Assembly: GCF_009914755.1 (NCBI RefSeq)
Contig: NC_060926.1
Reading direction: 5' to 3' (one strand)
Length of the DNA stretch: 64,000 nucleotides
DNA from: the human T2T-CHM13v2.0 reference genome, Homo sapiens
Part shown: piece after piece, positions 53,316 through 64,000 of the stretch
Layout: the number at the start of each line of letters is the position of its first letter
How positions within the stretch are numbered: the first letter of the stretch is position 1
The notes under the pieces: generated by a model
Databases searched by the model: none
The model's input: the letters and a program-made list of their open reading frames with translations, nothing else
What the model was told of the DNA's origin: nothing
Program-made: the position numbers and the translations under genes

Positions 53316-54394
53316 GTCTAACTAAAATTATGAAGGGCAACCCATTATCTCTTTACTTTCTCTTGCCCCAGAATAAGACAAGAATGCCGAGGCCTGGTCA
53401 GTATCCCAGGGTACCACCGCCAGTGCTGGCCAGAGCAGGCTCTGAGAGGCTAACACAGGCCACAGAGCCTAGGGCCTTGTTTTGGAGGGTGAGGTGAGGC
53501 TTAAAGCTGGTAGGATAGGCGCCCTCTGAGATTCGCCATCTGAGAAGTCAGTCAGTTCTTTATTAAACCATTCTAAACAACAGAAAGTGCAGTGGGTGGG
53601 CAAGATTCCACTGCTGAATTCTTCAGCAGGCCCTGCAAATGAATGACATGGTGTCAATGGGAGGGAAAGTGAAGCAATAAACACAGATGGTGTTTGTGCA
53701 ATCTCATCTGGGTCAAGGAAATCACCTCATCACTCTTCTTTGATGGGCAGATTCCTATCTCTTAGTTTACCATTTTCCTTACTAATTCCCTCAGCTCCAT
53801 CCAATGTGCATTCTTGTGTCAAATTGCATGTTCATGAGTATATTACATGTTCCTGTTGTGAGTATGCAGGGGTTACCATGGGATGACCCCTGTGCTATGA
53901 ACTTGGAACCTCAAGAAATTAGATTGCCTTTTAAGAATGAATCAGAGAAGAAATACAGGAAACCACTTTAAATAACAAATGTGTTCCTAGGATAGCAAGA
54001 TTTGACTGGACCCTGACTGACGAGATTACTATACCTAAAGAAAGAACGCATTCGTGAGAAGGAGAGTTCTGCTCAGTTATGAACAAAGCAACTGCATTCA
54101 ATAAATATTTGTTGAGTACCTACTGTGTTCCAGCAGAGAGCTCGCATTCTAGCTGGGGAGACAGAAAACAAATAAGTGCATTTATAATTGGATGTCTGCT
54201 TGTGATATGTGTGTATCCCAGGCAGAGGGTCCACAGAACAAACAACAGCATCTAGTGTGGCTCGGAGATGTGCTCACTCAAGTTCTATGCCAGATTTGAG
54301 AAGCCTGCTTGACTCTAACATCCCAAATCTGCATTTCCAGCACTTGGGTGACATTTTGACCTACCTAATAGCTCTCGGGTTGATTTCTCCTGTG

Positions 54395-54790
54395 TGACTT
54401 TCATGAAGACATACATAGAGGAAAAAAAGCACATATCAAAAGTACTCAGGTCAATGAATTTTCCAAAGTGAGCACACCTATGTAGCCAGCACCCCAAATC
54501 CCTCCTTATAGCCCCTTTTACCACCCTTACCACTGAAATGTAACCACTATCCTGAGACCAGCACCATAGGTTTGTTTTGCCTTTTTCTGAACTTTATATA
54601 GATGGAAATATACAGTTCATACTCAATACATGCTGCATAGATTCTTTGATTCAATATTACATCTGTGGGATATATTCATGTTGTTGTTTGTATTGGTGTT
54701 TTGTTCTTTTTTCATTGTCAGATTTCATGGTATCACTACATCACAGTGTATTTTATTTAAATGGACATCAGGGTTATTTCCACTATGCCA
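54395..54790 (-). mobile_element. Old L1 (L1ME-type) 3' fragment
   Basis: tcaatgaattttccaaagtgagcacacctatgta...taaccactatcctga...ttttgcctttttctgaactttatatagatggaa. Confidence 0.7.
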
Positions 54791-55689
54791 CTATTCTTTT
54801 AACAAACTATTTTTCTGCAGGAATCTGTTAGAAGTGGCTTCTGATGTTTGCAACTAAGAATCCTGCCTGATCCACATTTGTTTTAATTCTAAATTTGTAT
54901 TGGGTTACCTAGGTTTTGTATTGATTAAGAAATCAAGTGAAAATTTCGGGGTTTTTGTAGAAATTCTTCTTTTTAAACTACGCTTTTGAAGACATAGACA
55001 TATTTTTCATGAGCTATTTGCCAACGAAGATCTGCTTACTCTGTTTCAACAGTGAAGCCTAATGATAAAAAATAACATTCCATGTAGATAAAAGCTGTGA
55101 CTTCCCAGCTTAAATACAGCACTTTCTGGAACTACAGCTATAACTTGTGTTCTCTTAGGTTGCTAAACAAGTTGGTTAGGAGCTTTTCTCCTCAGGGTTC
55201 AACCACATGACTGCTTCTGGGCAGTTCGAGTGGTTTTCATCCTCATTGCACAATAGCAGAGGTTTTGAGGTTGTGTTTTTCTCCACATTGCCCATTTCCC
55301 TGGCGGCCACTCTCAGGAGCTGTGAAGAGCTCAATTTAAAGACAGTCATATCAGTTATTCATCAATTACTGGGATCTTTTCATTTTTTAAGCATATCATA
55401 TCAACACCCCTTTTGTAGGACTATAGCCTGTCTGAGCGGGGCTGTAGGAGAGAAGGGTATACCTCTCTGTCATTACATCATTTTCTTCTTTGTCCGGGCC
55501 ATATCAATTGCCAATGCCTCATTCAAGGCCTGACTTTTGAGCAATGAGATGGACCAGCCAGCAGTCATTCCTCTCAGTGACTCAAGGAGACTGACATTTG
55601 TAATAACAAGGAGTTACTGAGCACTTGGTATGTATGCCAAGATTCTTAGTATGGACACCAGGGATCTGCAGAGCAAGCATGTCCATTTC

Positions 55690-56650
55690 ATTAAAACCAA
55701 TCTCTCCACTCGTGCTCTGGATACCATCCCCTTGTCCTTCCCAAAGACTTTCCTCCTGCAATAAACCCTTCTCTCCCTAACATGATCAATTTCTCTCTCC
55801 CTCCTGGATCATTTCCATGAGAAGGCAGATGTGTTCTGGTGCCTACTTTCCAAAAAAAAACATTCTCTCACATCATTGCTCCCTCCAGACACAATCCTAT
55901 TTCTCAACTCTTTCACAGCATGCCTTCCTGCAAAGAATTGTCTGTAGTCACTGCTCCACTTCCTCACCTCCTTTTCTTAGCTCAGCCAACTCTGGTTAAC
56001 TTCCTTCTCTCCATGCCCCTGAATCTGTTCATTTCAAGGTCATGAATAACCTCTTTTGCCAAACGCAGTGGCCACCACTGTGTCTTCATCTTATTCAACT
56101 TTCGAAAATATTTGACATAGTTGATCACTTCCTCATTCTTAAAGCTGTCTCCTCTCCCAGTTTCCATGACACCACTTTCTCCCCTTTTCCTCTGACCTCA
56201 CTGGCTGCATTGTCTCAGGCCTTTTTGCTCGTTTCTCTTTCTCTGATCTCTCCTGGAATGACTCCAGGCTCTGTCCCAGATCTTCTTGTACTGTCCATCT
56301 ATAAGCTCTTTGTAAGTGACTCATTCAGTCTCATGTCTCTAAATACCATCTACATACCGATGGCTCTCAAAATTAAAATTTCTGATCTTGATTTATCTGA
56401 CCTATCCCCTAAGGTCAAGTTCTTATATCCTACTGACTTCTCTATATCACTACATGGGTGTCTAAGAAGTTTCTCAAATGTAGTATAGACAAAGGTCTTG
56501 GTTTCCCAATGTCCATCTTTGCCTCTCTCTGTTCTCCCTAGTAAACAGCAGCAATTTTCACCCATTGAAGGCAAACATTTAGAAGTCATCCTTAAGTTCT
56601 CTCTCCCTCACTTTCCCAAACGAATCATCGGCAAGTCCCGTTGGCAACAG
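55690..56650 (+). mobile_element. L2 LINE (ORF2 region)
   Basis: gtgctctggataccatccc...caaggtcatgaataacctc...atttgacatagttgatcacttcctcattctt...atcactacatgggtgtcta. Confidence 0.8.
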
Positions 56651-59539
56651 TTTCATGTCAAGAGTTAATTTTAAGAATCTTTTATTCAATTTAAACTGAC
56701 AATTTTTAAAAGTTTGGAAAGTGGGAGAGAAAACACCCATGTTTTCTCATAATCTTCATAATTATCATTTTAATAGCACATGCTGTATCATTGAGTAGAC
56801 ATATCCTAATTTACTTTACAGTCCCCCTAATGTTGTATCTTTGGAGTCTTCTCACATTTTATTTCTATAAACAATTTTCAATGAATGTCTGCATGCCTAT
56901 ATAGATGTTTTATTTTTGTTTTTAAAGTAGAGAAGCTGATTTTTGCTGTTGTTTTTGTTGCTGTATAAAAGATCACTGAGTGATTGCCTTAGTTATGCAA
57001 CAATAGAGAAATAAGTGTCTATTATTCTGGTGTTCAGGTAAAGTAGAATTCTATCAAAATTGTCACAAAATTGTCTTTGATGAGAGCCATCATAGTGCAA
57101 AGTTGATGACTAAAAGGAGATGGTTAAGTTGTCTAAAGAGCAAGGCCATAGGAGAGAAGAAACTAATATTCAAAGCTTCCTCCCACAGTTCAAAGTTAGA
57201 GAAACCTGAGAGGGGTGTACTGGTATGACCACCCGAGATCCCATCGCTGAGAAAGATAATGGCCCTGGAGACAAAGACTGATGAAGAAAGACAGTATCCA
57301 GCTGTGATGCAGATGAAACATGCGGCATGGTTGCACTCACTATGCAGCCAAGGCTGGAAGCCACTCTGGATCCAGCCACTCTGGCACAGCGTTCTTGCTC
57401 TAGGAAGAACAACTGAACATGGCCACACAGGCCTCACAGCTGGCATATGGAGGCTGTTAATAAGCTGAGCTTGAGGCTTCAAAGGACTCTTGTAGCCTGT
57501 GCTGGATCTAGCAGTGACCAGTATGCCAGTGGCCATGGATGCCCAGGCCCATGTTCAGTAGTGAAGCAGGTGCTAGCAGCAGAAGCAATAGAAATGGAAA
57601 CTGGGAGATCTGCTGTGGATGAATCTCATTATCTTCTTTCTCTGACCCTCTTTGGACTAAATAAACTCCCAGTATTCTTGACCAACAGAGGTAGGGTTGG
57701 AACAGAACCTCAAAAGTCATCATTAGACTTCCTACTAATAGGGCATTGGAAGTTCAAGCGACTAACTAGGAAACAGGTTAGTATTTGTACCCCTACACTG
57801 TGCAACAGATTACATACCATTTGCTCTATTTGGCATCCTTTCCTTAGGCTAGATTCCCAGAAGAAAGATTACTGATTCGAAGGGCATGAACATTTTTATG
57901 ACTCTTGGCCTAAATTACTAGGCCAAGGTTTTTTCAAAGGGATGCACTAATTTTCACTATTTCCCCACACCCTTTCAGGTGATAAATAATTGACTTGATT
58001 TGTTTACACTGACGCCAAGAATTCTTGGGAAGAAGGATCAAAGTGAAAAGTGGTAGCCCATGGTGGGGAGGCCACACTCAGTGCAGTTGTGAAGTCAGCA
58101 GCATTTTTAAGCCCATTCATTGCCAGTAGCCCTGAGATGAGCATTCCCAAGCTGCTTCCCAGGTCCCTCCTCCACTCTCTCAGGGACATCCATTCTGTAC
58201 CAGCCCCCTCAGATACTCATGCCCTTGCCCTCCCTTCTCCATGCTCATTAAAACCAGCTTAAGAGCAGATATGACATCAGTCACTTACCTTTTCGTGTGG
58301 CTCTAAATCAAAGTGTCACCTCTCCCAAGCACATGCTTGCATCTTAGCTCTGATTGAGGAATGAAAAGCTTTGTTCTCTGTTAAAAGAACTTTGAGCTTA
58401 GATGCCCCAGACTGAGAAATCCACCAAAAGCTGGACCTTTGACTTGAGCGGCAAAGGACCCCCATAGTCAGGCTGTGATTTGAGGAGCATCAAGAGGCCA
58501 GAGTTTCCAAGTTGGGACCCAGAAGGTGGGGTTGGCAGGGGGAGGGTAGGAGCAGCTGGAGACTCTGCTCTACCAGGGGAATACGGAGGTGGGGACCAAT
58601 CCCAGGGTAAGGAATGAAAGTAGGAGCCCCAGAAGCTGAAAACATACTTCACCGATGTCAGCATTTTACCCAGAGCCATTCCAAGGTGACCATAACTCAC
58701 TTAAAAGCCTGAAAGCTGTTTTATGCCAACTAATAAAGTGCAGTTTAATAAAAAAGTTGTCAATCATTTTTATATAAAATGTATTTGGGGCATGAATGGT
58801 TTTGATCTTTTATAAAGTCAAAAGCTTTTAGTGCTGCTCATGGTTATAATCACTGCGTGAGCCTGGGCAAGCCTCACAACCTTGCTGGCCTTGACTTTCT
58901 TATTTATGAGCTATAGACAATTACACCCAGCCTGCTGCCTGGAGGGCTGGGGAGAGTGGTGAATTGAGTGTTCAAGTTGAAAGTAAGAGGTGGTCTTCAG
59001 CGGTTGACTCCAAGCATTACTTATGATCAAGGTCTAATTTCTAAGAGTCCAAAATTAAATAACAGGTAGAATTGAATGCCTTGAGCTTGTCTAGTGATAT
59101 GGAAGTGTAGCTAATAGCCTACAGCCTAACCGTGTAAGATACAACTGGAATATAATACAAACCCCATGGAGAGTAAAGGACAAAGAGAAATTAAAGTAAG
59201 AGGCAGGAAATAATAAAACGATATTTAATTTGGACATGTGCCCCCAACGCATCTGTAGAAAAATCAACAAAGCATAAATACCAATGGGAAAACCTAGCCA
59301 TAATTACTCTAAAAGATATAGAGACAGGAAATTGGATAGGAGTTTGCAGTGTTGTTTTGGGCTGCAGGGATGCCCCTGTGTGCCTGCAAAGGGAAATGAG
59401 AGTTTATCTCTGAATAATCAGATGGAATTGTACATCAAATAAGGGTAAAATTGGTCATAGTCATCTCATGATTGCAGTGGTTTCTATGTTCTCCAGGTCA
59501 GTCCACCATCATTGAGGAGACGTGGGTGCGGAGAAAGGG

Positions 59540-59745
59540 GTCAGGTATGTGGTCAGACATCTCTGTGGGATCTCTGCTGCTAACTAGCTATGCCACATTA
59601 AGTATGTTTTAACTTGTCTGACCCTCCAGTTTAGCTCAACAAAATAGAAGAAAATCTCCCTTTCAAGGCTGTTGGAAGGACTACAGATGAAAAGTATATA
59701 AAGTTCCCAGCAGATGGAAAATATCAAATAAATGTCAGCTAGTAG
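59540..59745 (+). mobile_element. MIR SINE
   Basis: tctctgctgctaactagctatgccacattaagt...ttaacttgtctgaccctccagttt...aataaatgtcagcta. Confidence 0.55.
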
Positions 59746-60302
59746 CAGCAGCAGGAGCAAAGATGAAGGCCGACTCCTGAGTTTTCAGACTCCACAGATC
59801 CCAGAATCCTTCTCTGCTCTGAGTTCTGAGTCCCACAGTTCTGATGCATCCACCTGTGCACCTCACCGGCAATCAGTGGGAGCCTGGGAATGGTTAACTA
59901 AGAGGGGCTTGAGAAGGCAATGAGAGAGGAGCACAAGGAGGTAACCAGCCACTCCACTGAAGCTGTGTTTAGGTGGTGGATATGATCTGCCAGCGGCCCC
60001 TCAGCCAAAACCACCAATACAAATCCATGTAGACAGTTTCTTAAACAAACTTAGTAAAATCAAATCTAGAATATCTCCCCCTTTCAAACAATGCATTTTC
60101 CCAGTGCCAAAGTACAGCACTTTCTTAGCATCTTCCTTCTACAAATGATGGCGCGATGCAGTTTAAACACATACCTTGCCAATTCTTTTTAAAATGTAGG
60201 CTTATATGATAATTTTAATCACATGCTTTCCCAATTATTACATGTGTATGTTTATATGGTAATGTTAACCACATGCTTTGCTACATGCTTGCTGTGAGTG
60301 AT

Positions 60303-60597
60303 GTTTTATTTTATTTTTAGAGACAGGGTCTCAATCTGTCACCCAGGCTGGAGTGCAATGGTGATCATAGCTCACTGCAGCCTCGAATTCCTGGGCTCAA
60401 GTGACCCTCCCACCTCAGCCTCCCAAGTAGCTGGGGCTCCAGGTGCACAACCACATGTTGCTGATTTTTAAATTTTTTGTAGGGATGGGGGTCTCACTGT
60501 GTTCCCCAGGTTGGTCTTGAACTCCTGGCCTCAAACGGTCCTCCCAACTTGACCTCCCAAAGCACTGGGATTACAGGCCCGAGAACCACACACAGCC
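60303..60597 (-). mobile_element. Alu (AluJ)
   Basis: gagacagggtctc...gatcatagctcactgcagcctcgaattcctgggctcaag; TSD tgctgtgagtgat at 60290-60302 and 60598-60610. Confidence 0.96.
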
Positions 60598-61142
60598 TGC
60601 TGTGAGTGATTTTAAGAGAAGCTGTTAGAGATTGGGGCCCTAGCATCTCATTGAATCACTGGTTGACACCACCACAGCCTCCCAGCTCTCAAGCAATTCC
60701 TAGGAAAACAGGAATTCATCGGGAAAATATTCTTGATCCTGATACCAAAATTAACAAAGGGGGCTGCTTCTTGTGTTGTATTCTCAACAGCAGAAATGAC
60801 AGTTGTGCCCATCAAAACCCCCAGAGACCCTGACCAGCAGGGAAGAGCAGTAGCAAGGAGATAGGAGAGAAGGGTGGTATAAAGAGTTTACCTTCTTTAT
60901 TTTTCTCTGTCCACAGTTCCTTTACGCGGAAAGCTATTTACAGCAGCCACAGTCTCTGTTTGGTTTGGCATGACACTGACTTTCTATGGATAAGTCAGGA
61001 TCTCATGTCCTCATCTAAAAATGGTACCATATTGAATGACGCTTTACCTTCATTTCTCTCACTTCACTGGTTTTGGATGAGCATAGGGGCACCTTTGGGT
61101 CAGAGTACTTTTCAGAGAGGGACAGTCAATAAAAAGCCTTCG

Positions 61143-61506
61143 TGTATAACTAGTCCATTTTCATGCTGCCGATAAAGACATACCTGAAACTGGGTAATTT
61201 ATAAAGAAAAAGAGGTTTAATGGACTCACAGTTCCACATGGCAGGGGAAGCCTCACAATCATGGTGGAAGGTGAATGGCACGTCTTACATGGCGGCTGAG
61301 AAGACAGAATAAGAGCCAAGTGAAAGGGGTTTTGCCTTATAAAACCATCAGATCTCATGAGACTTATTCACTACCATGAGAACAGTATGGGAAAACTGTC
61401 CCCATGATTCACCTATCTCCCACCAGGTCCCTCCCACAACACGTGGAAATTAAGGGAGCTACAATTCAAGATGAGATTTGGGTGGGGACACAGCCAAACC
61501 GTATCA
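61143..61506 (-). mobile_element. THE1 (THE1B-like) solo LTR
   Basis: tagtccattttcatgctgccgataaagacatacc...gagatttgggtggggacacagccaaaccgtatca. Confidence 0.93.
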
Positions 61507-63395
61507 GTGTGCCCAGAGAGAGAGTGGGTAAGAGGAATAGACCAAAACTTGAACTATGAGAAAGAGAAGTAAGACGGTAGGGAAGACTGTAGTTCAGAAT
61601 CTGTAAGTTATAACTGACTTCTCACAGCCTGGCAAAAAATTGGAAGCTGGAGTATAGGACATAAATTCATGAGCAGTAGCAATTTTAGCCAAGTCGAGAG
61701 AAAAGCATTGAACTTCAAATGAAAATAATGTTCAAAGAGGTGAACATGAAGTTCATTCAAGATGTGGAGGGAATTATGAGCAGGGAGATGCATGCCAAGA
61801 GAAACTAGATGGTATTTGAAAAAAGTGAGATTCAAATTAAGGTTCACACACAGAGAGAGAGAAAGAGGGATAAAACAAAAATATTTTAATGGTTTCCTTT
61901 TCCTGTGGTCTGCTTTAGAATTCACCCAAAAGCCAATTGTTTCTGTGGTTATTCAAATTTTGTTTCTCTTCTCACTCCCTCCTCTTGTCTATCCTCTGAT
62001 CCCCAGCATTTGGACAGAATAAGAGAGAGGAAGTAAAACTCAAATCATTTTACTTTACTTTTTCTTGGCCATTTGGCTAAGAGATGTGTGGGGTGAAGAG
62101 GTGCTTGTGGCCAAAGTGTGATTTGTAAAATGTGTGGGTATTTTTTGTTTGGTTGGTTTTGCTTTTAGCTGCTATACTTATGTTACCCCAGTTTACCACA
62201 TCCAGTCCTCTTTGGGCACAAAGGGAAAGACTCAACAAACATTTGTTGAGTGGCTTGACTCAGCTTTGCTCCTTCTCCTGAGTATTCCTCCGTGGAGTTT
62301 TAGCAACTTCCCATAGGAAATCCAGGCTAAGGTCTGATTCATCCAGTCCTGAATAATGTGTTAATCATGAATTGGATAAAAATCATGAATTGGATACTAC
62401 TCAAGAGGATAAGCTGTTTTCAAACATCTTAGCAGTAAATATTTGCAAACCAACAAGAAACACACTAAATACAAATGGCGTTTCTCAATTCATTAGAGCA
62501 AGCCTGCAAGAACCTTGACCTGGGAGTAGTGAGGCCACTTTCTCAGCCACTAGTTCATGCCATTATATATACATACCAGTTTTAACAATACATTATTTTT
62601 ATAATTTTCAATGTTTGAGATTATTCATGAACCTGAACTGCCCTTCAACCTGTAAATCTGAATAAGTGAGGTTTTACTATGATTTACAAAACCATAAAAC
62701 AAGACAGAAAGAGGTCTGTTCATCTAATAGTGGCTGTTTGTTTCTCCTTTCCTTTTTGGAGAGGAGGGAAAAAAAGAGCAAATGTCTATCTAGCAAGATG
62801 ACGTAGGGCTGGATAAAAAGATAAATGCCTCTGAGGTGTGTAGGGATATTACAAATGTGATTTGGAAGAAAGACAAGATCTGAGGGGGTGGGAAGTTCAG
62901 TGTAGAAAGTCTCTTCTATCAGGACATGGATTCTAATTCTCTCCTACCACACTGGGCATAACCATCAGGGAATTTAAAGTCCCTTCCATGCCAGGCATGC
63001 CCCATCACCTAGGAAGAAACTCAACCCATCAGCAGGCATCCAAAAAGGCGTCAGCCAGGTAGGGTCCCAAAGAGCCCCACACCTTGGGTTATCTGGGAAA
63101 ATCCCAAGTTATTTAGAAGACAGTGTACCTCTTGCCTCTACCCTTGGTGGTAAACATTGCTTCAGAGTCACACACACACAAAAAGATAAGCTTTTTTCTC
63201 AATTGAAAACTGGAAAGTTGAAAGAGGAAGTAAAGAGAAAAAGAAAGACATATACTATAATCCAGGAGTCCCACATGTTCAGAAACTCTTCACCTGTGAA
63301 TCTACATTTTACTGAGTTCACATCTGCCTTCTGAAGGGTAACCACTCTTTACCCCCCAAATTCAACTCATTACTTGTTCAACTTTGACCAAGAGG

Positions 63396-63702
63396 TTTTT
63401 TTTTTTTTTTTTTTTTTTTTTGAGATAGTCTCGCTCTGTTGCCAGGCTGGAGTGCAGTGGCGCGATCTCAGCTCACTATAAGCTCTACCTCCTGGGTTCA
63501 CGCCATTCTCCTGCCTCAGTCTCCTGAGTAGCTGGGACTACAGGCGCCCACCACCACGCCTGGCTAATTTTTTTGTATTTTTAGTAGAGATGGGGTGTTT
63601 CACCGTGTTAGGCAGGATGATCTCGATCTCCTGACTTCATGATCCACCTGCTTTGGCCTCCCAAAGTGCTGGGATTACAGGCATGAGCCACCGTGCCCAG
63701 CC
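63396..63702 (-). mobile_element. Alu (AluY-like)
   Basis: Diagnostic aagctc, cacgccattctc and caccgtgtta.caggat..tctcgatctc; T26 tail; TSD gaccaagag on both sides. Confidence 0.97.
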
Positions 63703-64000
63703 GACCAAGAGATATTTTTAAGAAAAGTCTCATAAAAGCATAAAATTTTATATATGGCAAAAGCAATCAACATCTATAGAAAACTGATAAACACATATGA
63801 CTCAGAGGAAGAAATTTCCCTCTATGTATTATTTACTGTTAAACTTACTATGGCTTATAAGGCCTTGATCATCTAAACACTTGTTTCGATTTATCCATTC
63901 TCTTCCTCTCCTCTTCAGCCTTCTTGAGATTGTGGGTCATCTCCAGGGATACTTCTCCACAGTTCTACTATCAGTGTCTAAGGGATTCAGGTTAGGGCAA

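Noticed and set aside
57090-57875. Overlapping 142- and 148-aa ORFs as a processed pseudogene
   Set aside because: No recognisable protein in any listed frame and no poly(A) or TSD. It may be an old unclassified repeat; BLASTX and Dfam would settle it.
57904-57927. Inverted repeat cttggccta/taggccaag
   Set aside because: Arms of only 9 bp are near chance expectation in 64 kb.
62363-62396. 16-bp direct repeat aatcatgaattggata (and similar 10-12-bp doublets near 6639, 34149 and 39448)
   Set aside because: Ordinary slippage micro-duplications with no shared motif or spacing.

Overview
Primate (human-like) non-coding genomic DNA, intergenic or deep-intronic, AT-rich, CpG-depleted and dense in interspersed repeats. 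I find no host protein-coding gene, rRNA, tRNA or CRISPR array. All long ORFs fall in transposons (L1 ORF2 fragments, MaLR internal ORF remnants) or look like chance frames. Main elements: a complete MSTA MaLR provirus (3282-5600, +); a full-length but dead L1PA3/4 with an 11-bp TSD (9297-15485, -) that keeps the roughly 129-bp 5'UTR segment lost in younger L1s; a U6 snRNA-L1 chimeric retrocopy (24306-25183, +); a 5'-inverted (twin-primed) L1MA inside a MER34-type LTR (26913-28503); seven Alus and one FLAM; solo LTRs (THE1, MLT1, MLT2, ERV1); DNA-transposon MITEs (MER6B, MER58A, MER82, MER63, MADE1, MER20, MER5); and many L2/MIR/old L1 fragments. Subfamily names come from recalled consensus sequences and need RepeatMasker/Dfam confirmation. 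I cannot support a new biological system here. The best observations are well-preserved footprints of known retrotransposition mechanisms, a perfect 19-bp-arm hairpin, several young tandem duplications, candidate non-coding exons and a few candidate regulatory elements.
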